Of a DNA stretch of 17,043 nucleotides, positions 6,782 to 16,188 are shown piece by piece. Numbering within the stretch: the first letter of the stretch is position 1; the number at the start of each line of letters is the position of its first letter. The notes under the pieces were generated by a model, which was not told the DNA's origin, ran no database searches, and worked only from the letters and a program-made list of their open reading frames with translations. This DNA comes from Pseudobacteriovorax sp. (GTDB taxonomy: Bacteria; Bdellovibrionota_B; Oligoflexia; Oligoflexales; Oligoflexaceae), in contig JBNKNM010000115.1 in NCBI GenBank assembly GCA_050293845.1, forward strand, positions 1 through 17,043, in the 5' to 3' direction. Position numbers and translations under genes: made by a program.

Positions 6782-8623
6782 ATGCTAAAGCAACTTAAAA
6801 AAATATTGCATATACAAACTCACCCAAGTGTCATTATGGACAGGAAAACCTGTATCATTATCGATGCCAACAGGGCCTACACTGAAGCCCATCCCCATGG
6901 CCTCGATCCTAGCCATTTTAGGGATATATTAAATCACCCTAATTACTGCTGGGAGCATATCTCATTTGAAAAATTAGTCCTAATAATTCAGCAAACAAGG
7001 GCACAGACTAAGCCCCATGCCATTTATAACGATGAAAACACCGCTCAACTCCATAAAATCAAACAACTAAAAAAAGAAATCGAGGGGCACCGGGTACAGC
7101 TTGAAAACTATGATTTTGTCACGCGCGTGATTAGCACCTTAAAAGATTTTTTATTTGTAGTCTCTCCGGACGGCTTGATATTATACCTCAACGAAACTGC
7201 AGAGAGATTTTTAAATATAAAATCAAAAAGCGCCTTAGGTCTTAAATTTTGCGAGTTTTTCTTAGATCATGAAACCATCCAAAGCGCTATTGTCTCAAGA
7301 GACTATTGGGACTCTCAGGAAGCTATACTAGTCAATTCTCAAGAAGTGAGCATTCCCGTACTCATGAGCTCATCGCCCCTAGAGTCCAGTGCTAAGAAGT
7401 TTTCCGGATTTGTCTTTCTAGCTAAAGATGTTACTTGCTTTAAAAATATGCTCTCCAGCCTTGAAACGGAGAAAGTCAATGCTCAACAAGCTAGTATGGC
7501 TAAAAGTCAGTTTCTTTCTCATATGAGCCATGAGCTAAGAACGCCCCTCAATGCCATCATTGGTTATAGTGAGTTACTAATGGAAGAAGCGGAAGATGGC
7601 TGCTTTGACTATGTAGAAAAGCATGTCCCTCTCATTAAAGGCTCAGGTGCTTACTTGCTTGAACTAATTAATAATATACTGGATATTGCCAAAATTGAAT
7701 CAGGTCGTTCTGAGGTCAATATTACCGCAGTTGGACTTGATCAGATAGTCCGTGAGGTTCGCTCTATTGTTGAACCACTGGCTTCTAAGACAGGAAATCT
7801 GCTAAGTTTCATCAATCGTGATCAGATCAGTTCTATAGAAAGTGATTCCCGACGATTAAAGCAAATCTTAGTGAACCTTATCAGCAACGCTTTAAAATTC
7901 ACGAAAGATGGAAGCGTCATCATTGAATTTACCAAAGATGCTGAGCATCTTAATATTGTCGTCATCGATAACGGCATTGGTATAGCAGCAGATAAACTGG
8001 ACCACATCTTCGAAAAATTTGTTCAACTCCATGATATCAAGGAAGAAGTTCTTTCGGGTTCCGGACTTGGTTTATCAATTGTGTCCTCTTTTTTGGAACT
8101 TTTAAAAGGAAGTATCAAGGTTTCAAGCAAGCTAGGAGAAGGTACTAGGTTCAATATTTCCCTTCCATTAAAGTGGAATTCCTTCGACACTACTGAGCCT
8201 TTACCTAAGGAACATTCTGGTACAGGGCCTCAAATTTTGGTCGTTGACGATGATGGCGATGTGCGCGACTATATGCGAACCATATTACAAGAAAGAAACT
8301 ATAAAGTTGTTGAAGCCGAAAATGTAAACGAAGCGATAGAAATATTGAAATCTGGGATACCTATTTCCGCAATACTAACAGATCTCCATATGCCTCAGGT
8401 AAGTGGTTTGGAACTGATCAAATTTACCTCTGACTGCTGTCCCCATATCCCCATCGCTGTTATCAGTGGTACCATGCTGGATCAGCTCGTCAATAGGTGC
8501 AAAAGTTACAACATCAAGCTCCTGATTAAACCTTTTAAAGATATCGAACTCATTAAACTAACTGAAAAACTGATTGAACAATCTTTACAACTAAAGCAAG
8601 ACCATGCTAGGGCGAGGGGTTAA
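6782..8623 (+). CDS. Cytoplasmic hybrid sensor histidine kinase (PAS-HisKA-HATPase_c-REC)
   Basis: PAS 'DFLFVVSPDGLILYLNETAERFL'; H-box 'SHELRTPLNAIIGY'; N-box 'QILVNLISNALKFT'; 'DNGIGI'; 'GSGLGLSIV'; receiver 'ILVVDDD...ILTDLHMP...KPF'. No transmembrane segment seen. Confidence 0.92.
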   Translation: MLKQLKKILHIQTHPSVIMDRKTCIIIDANRAYTEAHPHGLDPSHFRDILNHPNYCWEHISFEKLVLIIQQTRAQTKPHAIYNDENTAQLHKIKQLKKEIEGHRVQLENYDFVTRVISTLKDFLFVVSPDGLILYLNETAERFLNIKSKSALGLKFCEFFLDHETIQSAIVSRDYWDSQEAILVNSQEVSIPVLMSSSPLESSAKKFSGFVFLAKDVTCFKNMLSSLETEKVNAQQASMAKSQFLSHMSHELRTPLNAIIGYSELLMEEAEDGCFDYVEKHVPLIKGSGAYLLELINNILDIAKIESGRSEVNITAVGLDQIVREVRSIVEPLASKTGNLLSFINRDQISSIESDSRRLKQILVNLISNALKFTKDGSVIIEFTKDAEHLNIVVIDNGIGIAADKLDHIFEKFVQLHDIKEEVLSGSGLGLSIVSSFLELLKGSIKVSSKLGEGTRFNISLPLKWNSFDTTEPLPKEHSGTGPQILVVDDDGDVRDYMRTILQERNYKVVEAENVNEAIEILKSGIPISAILTDLHMPQVSGLELIKFTSDCCPHIPIAVISGTMLDQLVNRCKSYNIKLLIKPFKDIELIKLTEKLIEQSLQLKQDHARARG

Positions 8624-8712
8624 AGGTTCTGCTCAATGTGCTAGAACCAGAAGCCCATCGACGGGCAATGCTTAATTCTTTTTGCCATATTTTAGTCCTT
8701 TTCAGATCCCGG

Positions 8713-9750
8713 TTATAACTTCGTATGATTTTCTACGGTTTCAGGGACTACAAACCCTTTTGCTTGAAGGGCCAAGGCTTCCGGAAATTCATTATAAAAC
8801 TCACGGATTCTACAGGCTAAGTCCTTCTTGACCGATGCTGAAACAAACGTAGGGCTTGATTTTGGCAATGTTTCAATAAGCCTTTTTAAAAGTTCATCCT
8901 GGGGGCTGGGAAGATGGGGAAGCCACTCCAATAACTTGTCCCTATCAATATGGGACGGTATTGACCCTAAAGTTCCCACATCGTTCTGGTCATGTACTAA
9001 AAGACCTGATGTCGTACCGCGATCCAAAGTCAATACCTGAAGAAAGTAAACGGTATGATACTCCAGCTGCAATTTTTTATCTTCTTTCCTATCTTCCTGT
9101 GGCTTCAACAAAGTCCTTGATAGAAGAGCAGTGTAACAATTCATCATGGTTTTGGCAAAATCATGAGTAAATTCATGATCTTTTTTAAAATCAGAGCTAT
9201 TAAAATTTTCAAGATAAAAATGTGCTACTCCCCGGTGTCTTTGTAGGGCTGGTATGTAAAAATATTGATCTCCCTGCTGCCTCCCTATATCAAAGTAAGA
9301 TCTCGCAGCCACCCTTAAATGTTCAAGGAAAAAATCACGATCTATGGGGTTTGGGATGGAAGGATTTAGATCTGCCATAAGCCGCCAATAACCCTTTCCC
9401 GTTTTCATTTCTGTCCAGCTAAAGTGCATATGAACAGAAGGCAAGCTTGGGCTCTTAGGGTGAATAATCGTGGATAACGCCGTTGCAGCCTGCAACCTCT
9501 TGCTATCATCGTCCTCATACTGAACTTGAGACACATTAATGGACGCCCGATTAAAATAATTTTCTGTTGTAGCTTCTTGCCGTTGACCTCCTCCATGGAG
9601 GCCAGCATCGCGGAGCCAATAAACCATAGCAAATTCTTGAGTATCTGCTTCAAAAACTTCGGACAACTTGACTTTAAAATACTCTTGCAAACCGGTTACC
9701 AATTCCCAAGCTTGCTGGGATTTCTTTGAACTTGCGTGCTTTATGGTCAT
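8713..9750 (-). CDS. hemF: Divergent oxygen-dependent coproporphyrinogen III oxidase (HemF)-like protein
   Basis: 'GGG', 'ASINVSQV', 'STIIHPKSPSLPSVH', 'DLNP', 'YFYIP...RG' and 'DRGT' align with the HemF family. The likely start is ATG9750 after GGGAGGGG, rather than TTG9762. Confidence 0.8.
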   Translation of the reverse strand: MTIKHASSKKSQQAWELVTGLQEYFKVKLSEVFEADTQEFAMVYWLRDAGLHGGGQRQEATTENYFNRASINVSQVQYEDDDSKRLQAATALSTIIHPKSPSLPSVHMHFSWTEMKTGKGYWRLMADLNPSIPNPIDRDFFLEHLRVAARSYFDIGRQQGDQYFYIPALQRHRGVAHFYLENFNSSDFKKDHEFTHDFAKTMMNCYTALLSRTLLKPQEDRKEDKKLQLEYHTVYFLQVLTLDRGTTSGLLVHDQNDVGTLGSIPSHIDRDKLLEWLPHLPSPQDELLKRLIETLPKSSPTFVSASVKKDLACRIREFYNEFPEALALQAKGFVVPETVENHTKL

Positions 9751-10619
9751 AACCCCTCCCAAATTAATGAAGTATCTTCTTTATCGCACTTTATAATAGG
9801 GACATCAAGATATTGTCTTTTTTCTACTAGCTTGCTCTCTACCAAGTCATTCTAAAAAGAAAGCAAATTGATCAAAAAAAAACTACATATTTTCAAAGTT
9901 AGTCGATACCCTGTCCAAAGAGTTAAGTAAGAGAGAACAGCCATGGTTACGAAAACCACTTAATCAAAAAAGGCTGAAGATAATGCTATCGACTATCGTA
10001 TAAACCATTTTTCTTCTTTAAGCGTTACTGCTGTCATGTCCGTAAGTGGAGGGAGAGAGCGCCCTCCATAACCTGAAGTAGATGGCAGATTTTGTGAAGT
10101 TTTTGAGGGGGGCCTATCGGCCTAAGGAACTCTCTGAGTGGATTTATATTTAAGCTGCATTCTGATTCCCAAAGCAACATTTCTTACTCAAGTTAAACAT
10201 ATATCTTATTTGATCAGCGTCAAGACTCTGGTCATTATTTTACAAAATTATTCTATATTCGTATGAAAGGTAGACTTTGACTTCCGTCCTAACCAGCGAT
10301 GATGGCTTTATCCTCGCCATTCATGCTTCGGCTTACCTACGTCGCCTCTAACGACTCCCCTATCAATCCCGACGACATTATTTTCGAGGAAGCTGTGATC
10401 AGTACCCCAAAGATGCTTTAGATTTTCCTCTCTTTTGTTAGGTGAATGCTTCCCCCGCCTGTCTTTCTCTTCCTTTTTGACTTACCACACTCACCTTTTA
10501 GAAATTTCTGATAAGTTTGATACCAGTTAACAGCAGAATGTCGAAATTACGCGAGCATTTCGTTCAAATCACGGTAAAAAACATCCCAAAAAGCTAGTTA
10601 GCAGAAAACTGCTAGATCC

Positions 10620-10649
10620 TTGTCTGCATTGGCGGTACCTTGTTATAAA
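10620..10649 (+). promoter_or_regulatory. Putative sigma-70 promoter (extended -10) for the PQQ dehydrogenase gene
   Basis: TTGTCT(10620-25)-N18-TATAAA(10644-49) with TG at 10641-42, ~30 nt upstream of the ATG. Confidence 0.35.
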
Positions 10650-10678
10650 ACAATGACATTTAAGATGAGACTTATTCT

Positions 10679-11779
10679 ATGAAGTTCATTCTCTTCCTTT
10701 TTTTTAGCTTCTCCTCTACCCCGCTTCTTTTCAGCAAAGCTATACAAACGCAAATCGGTAAGTTAAACGTGGAGATTCTGGCCAAAGATCTTGGCATTCC
10801 TTGGGGCATGGCCTTTCTACCAGATGGCACGGTTCTGGTCTCAGATCGTCAGGGTATACTAAGGCAAGTTGATATAAAAAAATACCGCATCAAAAAAATC
10901 TCTGGGGTTCCTCAGGTCTACAATAAGGGTCAAGGAGGCCTCCTTGACATTGCTCTTCACCCTAACTTCACGCAAAACAAACTGCTTTACCTCACTTATG
11001 CTATTGCTACAGGAAAAGGTATGAACACCCTGCGGGTAGCCCATGGAAAACTGGTCGGATCTAAGCTTAAACAGATCAAGCCGATCTTTACCGCAAAACC
11101 TAGCTCCCCTAAAAATATTCACTTCGGATCACGTCTCGCCTTTGATAACAAAGGTTATCTTTTCTTTGGAGTCGGTGATAGGGGGATGCGCCATCGTGCC
11201 CAGGATTTAAGCACCCATAATGGAAAAATTCTGCGCCTCCATGAAAATGGGACCATCCCCAGCGACAACCCCTTTGTCAAGCAAAAGCAAGCGCGACCAG
11301 AAATTTGGAGTTATGGCCACCGCAATCCCCAAGGCCTTACATTCCGCCCTGGTACCGACCAACTCTGGGAACATGAGCATGGACCCCGAGGTGGTGATGA
11401 GATCAACCTCATACAAGCAGGACAAAATTACGGCTGGCCCGTCATTACTTACGGTCGCGAATATTCTGGTCCCAGAATAGGAACAACCGCCAAAAAAGGG
11501 ATGGTGCAACCAGTCAAATACTACATTCCATCCATTGCTCCGTCAGGGATGGTTTTTTATTCGGGTCGCCGCATCCCCTCATGGAAGGATAATCTCTTCA
11601 TTGGCTCTCTTGTTCTAACCCACTTGAATCGCAATATTTTTAATAATAACAACATTATAAACGAAGAGCGTATTCTCGATGATTGGGGACGGCGTATGAG
11701 AAATGTTGCTGAAGGTCCTGATGGATACTTATATTTTACTACAGACAACGGCGAATTAGGCCGATTCCTTCCCAAGTAG
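10679..11779 (+). CDS. PQQ-dependent sugar dehydrogenase (YliI/Asd, GSDH beta-propeller family), exported
   Basis: 'PWGMAFLPDG', 'GQGGLLDIALHPNF', 'HFGSRLAFD', 'GKILRL..GTIPSDNPF', 'IWSYGHRNPQG', 'EHGPRGGDEIN...GxNYGWP', 'SIAPSGM'; N-terminal signal peptide. Confidence 0.92.
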   Translation: MKFILFLFFSFSSTPLLFSKAIQTQIGKLNVEILAKDLGIPWGMAFLPDGTVLVSDRQGILRQVDIKKYRIKKISGVPQVYNKGQGGLLDIALHPNFTQNKLLYLTYAIATGKGMNTLRVAHGKLVGSKLKQIKPIFTAKPSSPKNIHFGSRLAFDNKGYLFFGVGDRGMRHRAQDLSTHNGKILRLHENGTIPSDNPFVKQKQARPEIWSYGHRNPQGLTFRPGTDQLWEHEHGPRGGDEINLIQAGQNYGWPVITYGREYSGPRIGTTAKKGMVQPVKYYIPSIAPSGMVFYSGRRIPSWKDNLFIGSLVLTHLNRNIFNNNNIINEERILDDWGRRMRNVAEGPDGYLYFTTDNGELGRFLPK

Positions 11780-11897
11780 TGGTAAATTTTCACCCACCAA
11801 AAGGTGTTTGCATGTTTCTATGTAGAAGCGGTTTCAGACGAATATCCGCGACCTGTCTTCTTAGGGTCATTGGTGGTATTGGGGAAAAAAACTCAGA

Positions 11898-12626
11898 ATG
11901 GAACCAATAATTCTCATCCAATCACCATACTACCCTATCCGCTACTGGAAGCAGCTTTATACCCTATTAGTCAAACAGTCCTATAAAGTTTATCTGGTTG
12001 AGTATCCAGACTCGCCATACTTGACGCGTCCCCTTTTAGGAGCGCTTCAGTTCGAACTTCAGGTCGCCATCAAAAAAAAGATGGCTGCAAAAGGAATCGA
12101 TGGCAAGGTCCATATCATAGCCCACGGTTGGGCCTGCTTACTTGTAGCCTACTTCGCTAAGAGCCTCCAGGAATCCATCCGGTCTGTAACCATGCTATCT
12201 CCCATGGGAGTTCACTCGAAAATCACCACTTGGGAAGCCCTCATATCCTGGCCTATCTTGGGAGATCTTTTGCACAGCTTATTCACAGCTAAGATCTGGC
12301 GAGAGGAATTTTCTGGATTGAATAGCGACGATTTCCGACCATTTAGCCCAAGAAGGCAGAGGACTGTATTGCAAGCCAATAAAATATTGCACCAAGAGGG
12401 GGTACAGCAATACTATGAAAACCTGGTCCAATCGAAATTGCCCTTGCTCATCCTTATCGGTATTCAGACTAAACGCTACCAACAGCCCATTCACCCCACA
12501 TTCAAGTACTGGCGGGCTGATGTCTTCATGGCTCCTATCAAAAACGGGGAGCACTTTCTTTCCTGTGAAAGCCCCCAAGAGGTCATAAATGCCTTAGAAA
12601 AATTCTGGAAAACACTGAAATCCTAA
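11898..12626 (+). CDS. Alpha/beta-hydrolase fold protein with degenerate catalytic motifs
   Basis: Strand/helix pattern 'PIILIQ...YW...YKVYLVEYP', elbow 'VHIIAHGWA', 'IRSVTMLSP', 'LPLLILIG', and C-terminal 'GEHFLSCESPQEVINALEKF'. Confidence 0.75.
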   Translation: MEPIILIQSPYYPIRYWKQLYTLLVKQSYKVYLVEYPDSPYLTRPLLGALQFELQVAIKKKMAAKGIDGKVHIIAHGWACLLVAYFAKSLQESIRSVTMLSPMGVHSKITTWEALISWPILGDLLHSLFTAKIWREEFSGLNSDDFRPFSPRRQRTVLQANKILHQEGVQQYYENLVQSKLPLLILIGIQTKRYQQPIHPTFKYWRADVFMAPIKNGEHFLSCESPQEVINALEKFWKTLKS

Positions 12627-12907
12627 TATTCATAGTCCATGGCCACTGCATCTACCTTCAGAGGAGCAATGACGGTTTCAATCAGCTTTAGGTGAACCGG
12701 ATGATTTTGATAGCCTTCCAAGGCGTCTCTATCAGCTAATTTGACCCTCAGACCTAGCTGAAAGCCCTGGCTGCGATTAGAAAAGTTTCGTCCAGCACTG
12801 ATTTCTAGTATTTCTGGGATCTCCGGTTCCATTGCCATAATTGCCTTCACGGCTTCTTCTACCTTGGATTCATCATTCACCTTAATAAAAACATGGTGTT
12901 CTAACAT
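12623..12907 (-). CDS. Dabb family (stress-responsive A/B barrel) protein
   Basis: 'HHVFIK', 'IPEILEISAGRNF', 'ALEGYQNHPVH' and terminal 'MDYEY' are hallmark Dabb motifs. AAAGGAG upstream; 28 nt after the ilvA stop. Confidence 0.88.
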   Translation of the reverse strand: MLEHHVFIKVNDESKVEEAVKAIMAMEPEIPEILEISAGRNFSNRSQGFQLGLRVKLADRDALEGYQNHPVHLKLIETVIAPLKVDAVAMDYEY

Positions 12908-12935
12908 ATGATACTCATCTCCTTTGTTCTTAGCT

Positions 12936-14498
12936 CTAACCCAAGCTAACCTGACCGATAAGGGGGTTAATAAAGGCCCTCACAACCGGATTTTGCGAAT
13001 GGTTAGTATAGGGATATTTGACCTGGTCTAAAAAGTCTAAAAATTCCTGATACTCTATATCAGGAACTAAAAGTCCTATCAATACACGACCGTAATCGGC
13101 ACCATGGGAGCGATAATGAAACAATGAAATACTCCAGCGATGTCCTAAGATCGATAAAAAGTTAGCCAGTGCCTCCGGCCTCTCTGGAAACTCAAAGTGA
13201 TATATCGATTCCTTGGCCAAATGACAAATGCCACCCACCATGTAACGAATATGCTCTTTTGCCAGTTCATTTTCGGTGAGGTCGAGACATTCATAATTGA
13301 AGCGTCGCAGATCATCCTCGAATTCTTTTTTCTCTTCGAAGTCTCGGATGCCAATCCCTACAAAAATATAAGCCCAATCGTCATCATTGCGGCGATAATT
13401 GAATTCTGTAATATTTCTGTTACCAACCACCCGACGACAAAAGGTTTCAAGCTCACCTGAGACTTCTTTAAGCCTGACCGCATAAAGACCTTCTTGGTGG
13501 TTTCCCAACATCACGCGCTCGGCTACAAATTGCATTCGTGGGAAATTAATATTAGCTCCAGAATTGATGGCGACAAGTGTCTTACCTGTGAGGTTATGGT
13601 GCTGCACGTATTTCTTCAAACCAGCTACTCCTAAAGCACCTGCCGGTTCCAGGATAGTACGAGTATCCCGATGGGCCCACTCTATGGCAGAACAGATTTC
13701 ATCATTGCTTACAACAACCCAATCATCAACATAAGACTTGGCTATGGAAAAAGTCTTTTCCCCTACTTTTTTCACAGCAACACCATCTGCAAAGGTGCCG
13801 GTTTCTTTGAGAGTCACCCGATCATTTTGGCAAATAGAATTGTACATGGCACAGCTATCCTTAGGCTCCACTCCCACAATTTTTACATGAGGTGCGATTT
13901 GCTTTATATACAAAGCAATACCAGCTATAAGGCCGCCACCACCAACGGGAACGAAAATATACTGGAGCTGTGGCAATGACTCGAAAACTTCTTTACCTAT
14001 GGTACCCTGACCTGCAATAACTGTTTCGTCATCAAATGGATGAATAAAGGCCAGGTTGTCTTCCTCTAGAATAGTCTGACAGTATTCAGCCGCATCACTA
14101 TAGCTATCCCCAAAAAGAACCACCTCCGCACCATAGGAACGCACAGCTTCGACCTTGATATTTGGAGTGGTAACAGGCATCACAACCTTTGCACGCATCC
14201 CCAGATGCTGAGCAGCGAGCGCAACCCCCTGCCCATGGTTTCCTGCGGAGACACAAATGACCCCACTGATATCTTTTTGCTTTTTAAGAGTTAAAATTTT
14301 ATTATATGCACCCCGAATTTTGAAAGAGAAGATAGGCTGGAGATCTTCCCTTTTATAAAAAACATTGTTGTTCAGGTGGTGTGAAAGCTGTTTCGCTTTC
14401 TCTACTGGGGTTTTTCGTACAATGCTATAAATGGAAGCCCGGAGTATTTCAAAAAAAATTTCCTTATCATGTTCCCTTAAGAATTCGCTACTCACCAT
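12936..14498 (-). CDS. ilvA: Biosynthetic threonine ammonia-lyase (long form, two ACT-like domains)
   Basis: '[19 protein letters not shown]' (PLP Lys), 'SAGNHGQG', 'VPVGGGGLI', 'FADGVAVK', 'ITEFNYR', 'FEFPERP', '[17 protein letters not shown]'. The start overlaps the ilvD stop by 11 bp. Confidence 0.95.
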   Translation of the reverse strand: MVSSEFLREHDKEIFFEILRASIYSIVRKTPVEKAKQLSHHLNNNVFYKREDLQPIFSFKIRGAYNKILTLKKQKDISGVICVSAGNHGQGVALAAQHLGMRAKVVMPVTTPNIKVEAVRSYGAEVVLFGDSYSDAAEYCQTILEEDNLAFIHPFDDETVIAGQGTIGKEVFESLPQLQYIFVPVGGGGLIAGIALYIKQIAPHVKIVGVEPKDSCAMYNSICQNDRVTLKETGTFADGVAVKKVGEKTFSIAKSYVDDWVVVSNDEICSAIEWAHRDTRTILEPAGALGVAGLKKYVQHHNLTGKTLVAINSGANINFPRMQFVAERVMLGNHQEGLYAVRLKEVSGELETFCRRVVGNRNITEFNYRRNDDDWAYIFVGIGIRDFEEKKEFEDDLRRFNYECLDLTENELAKEHIRYMVGGICHLAKESIYHFEFPERPEALANFLSILGHRWSISLFHYRSHGADYGRVLIGLLVPDIEYQEFLDFLDQVKYPYTNHSQNPVVRAFINPLIGQVSLG

Positions 14499-16173
14499 CA
14501 GTCACACATCCTTGGGCTGCAGAAGATACTAACTTAACATACTTAGCTAATGTCCCTCGTTGCACCTTAATAGGGGGAGCTTGCCAAGTCCTAGCCCTGT
14601 TTTTCAAGATTTCGTCGTCAAGCTGCACTGTGATCTCTAGACTCTCACTATCGATCGTAATGGTATCGCCATCTTCTACTAGAGCCAGAGGCCCTCCTAC
14701 TTGCGCCTCAGGACACACATGGCCAATGATGAAGCCATGGGAACCTCCAGAGAAGCGACCATCGGTGATCAAAGCAACATCTTTCTGCAACCCAGCACCA
14801 ACGATTGCTGAAGTTGGGGTTAGCATCTCCGGCATACCCGGTCCTCCTTTAGGCCCCTCGTACCGAATAACCACAACATGCCCTTTCTTAATGTCTCCCT
14901 TTTCCAGGGCGGTAAGCATTTCTTCCTCTGAATCGAAAACTTTAGCTATTCCTGTAAAAGATAGACCTTCTTTGCCGGTAATCTTAGCGACAGCTCCTCC
15001 CGGAGCTAAATTCCCTTTTAAAATTTTAAGGTGACCTTTGTCACTGATAGCTTGTGAAATGGGACGAATAACTTGCTGATCTGCTGCAAGATCTTTGGCT
15101 TCCTCAAGATTTTCCGCCAAGTTTTTGCCCGTGACAGTCATGATAGAACCATCTATCAATCCCTGTTTTAGCAACATTTTTAAAACAGCTGGGGTTCCAC
15201 CCACTTTATACAAGTCTGTCATAACATAACGACCAGAAGGCTTTAAATCTGCTAAAAAGGGAACTTCATCCGAAATCCTTTGAAAATCATCAAGGCTCAA
15301 ATTTAGATCTAAGCAATGGGAAAGAGCCATTAGATGTAAAACTATATTTGTCGACCCTCCCAAAACCATTGTTAAAACAATAGCATTGCGAAGAGCCTCG
15401 ATAGTCATAATATCGCGAGGTTTTATGTCTTGCTCTAACAATAGCCGCATGTAATGCCCCACCTGACGGCACTCCTGACTTTTATCGGATGAAATAGCTG
15501 GAAACGATGAAGACCCCGGCAGACACATACCCATAGCTTCGATGGCACATGCCATTGTGTTGGCTGTATACATACCTCCACAAGCTCCAGGGCCAGGGCA
15601 GGAACTTTTGATGATATCCTTACGTTCCTGATCATCTATTTTTCCGCTAATAAACTCGCCATAGGACTGGAAAGCACTGACTACATCCAAACGGTCATGA
15701 TTTTGGTTGCAACCTGGAGCGATGGTTCCTCCATAGACAATTAAGCCTGGTCGATTCAAGCGCGCCATCGCCATCAGTGCCCCTGGCATGTTTTTGTCGC
15801 ATCCTGGAATAGCAACCAGACCATCATACCACTGTGCCGAAACAACGGTCTCTATAGAATCTGCAATAATTTCCCTTGATTGTAGGGAATAGTTCATTCC
15901 TGGGGTGCCCATGGAGATACCATCGCTGACGCCAATGGTGTTGAACCTCATACCCAATAGCTCCACACTTTGCATGCCCTCATAGACTTCATTTGCTAAG
16001 TTATTGAGGTGCATATTGCAGGGGTTTCCCTCATACCAATTGGCAGCTATTCCCACCTGTGCCTTGCTTAAATCCTCTTCCTGAAGACCGGTAGCAAAAA
16101 GCATAGCCTGGGATGCTCCCTGGGATTTTTTTTGGGTGATCTGTGAACTAAATTTATTCAGCTGAACTATCAT
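14488..16173 (-). CDS. ilvD: Dihydroxy-acid dehydratase, [2Fe-2S]-type
   Basis: 'GNPCNMHL', 'PGCDKNMPG', '[10 protein letters not shown]', 'GGSTN', '[14 protein letters not shown]', '[10 protein letters not shown]'. AAAGGAG lies 7 nt from ATG16173 but only 1 nt from ATG16179, so 16173 is the better start. Confidence 0.95.
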   Translation of the reverse strand: MIVQLNKFSSQITQKKSQGASQAMLFATGLQEEDLSKAQVGIAANWYEGNPCNMHLNNLANEVYEGMQSVELLGMRFNTIGVSDGISMGTPGMNYSLQSREIIADSIETVVSAQWYDGLVAIPGCDKNMPGALMAMARLNRPGLIVYGGTIAPGCNQNHDRLDVVSAFQSYGEFISGKIDDQERKDIIKSSCPGPGACGGMYTANTMACAIEAMGMCLPGSSSFPAISSDKSQECRQVGHYMRLLLEQDIKPRDIMTIEALRNAIVLTMVLGGSTNIVLHLMALSHCLDLNLSLDDFQRISDEVPFLADLKPSGRYVMTDLYKVGGTPAVLKMLLKQGLIDGSIMTVTGKNLAENLEEAKDLAADQQVIRPISQAISDKGHLKILKGNLAPGGAVAKITGKEGLSFTGIAKVFDSEEEMLTALEKGDIKKGHVVVIRYEGPKGGPGMPEMLTPTSAIVGAGLQKDVALITDGRFSGGSHGFIIGHVCPEAQVGGPLALVEDGDTITIDSESLEITVQLDDEILKNRARTWQAPPIKVQRGTLAKYVKLVSSAAQGCVTDGE

Positions 16174-16188
16174 GTCCATGCTCCTTTC

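Noticed and set aside
9883..9963. Sigma-28-like -10 (GTCGATAC) followed by the 6-aa ORF MVTKTT
   Set aside because: The -35 box (CTACATAT) matches poorly and the ORF is too short to support.
10040..10140. SAM-I or glycine riboswitch-like words (GTGGAGGGA, GGAGAG, AACTCTC)
   Set aside because: The other required motifs and stems are absent and there is no relevant downstream gene.
9993..10160. Minus-strand frame with a single in-frame TAG (MQLKYKSTQRVP*ADRPP...)
   Set aside because: No RBS and no protein-like pattern; TAG is used as a normal stop by several genes in this window.
10295..10340. Fluoride riboswitch-like GCGATG...TCGCC...CCTAC
   Set aside because: Spacing is wrong, the CURAUGA element is missing, and no fluoride-related gene is downstream.
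14381..15034. 217-aa + strand ORF
   Set aside because: Antisense shadow of the conserved ilvD/ilvA coding sequence; no recognisable motifs.
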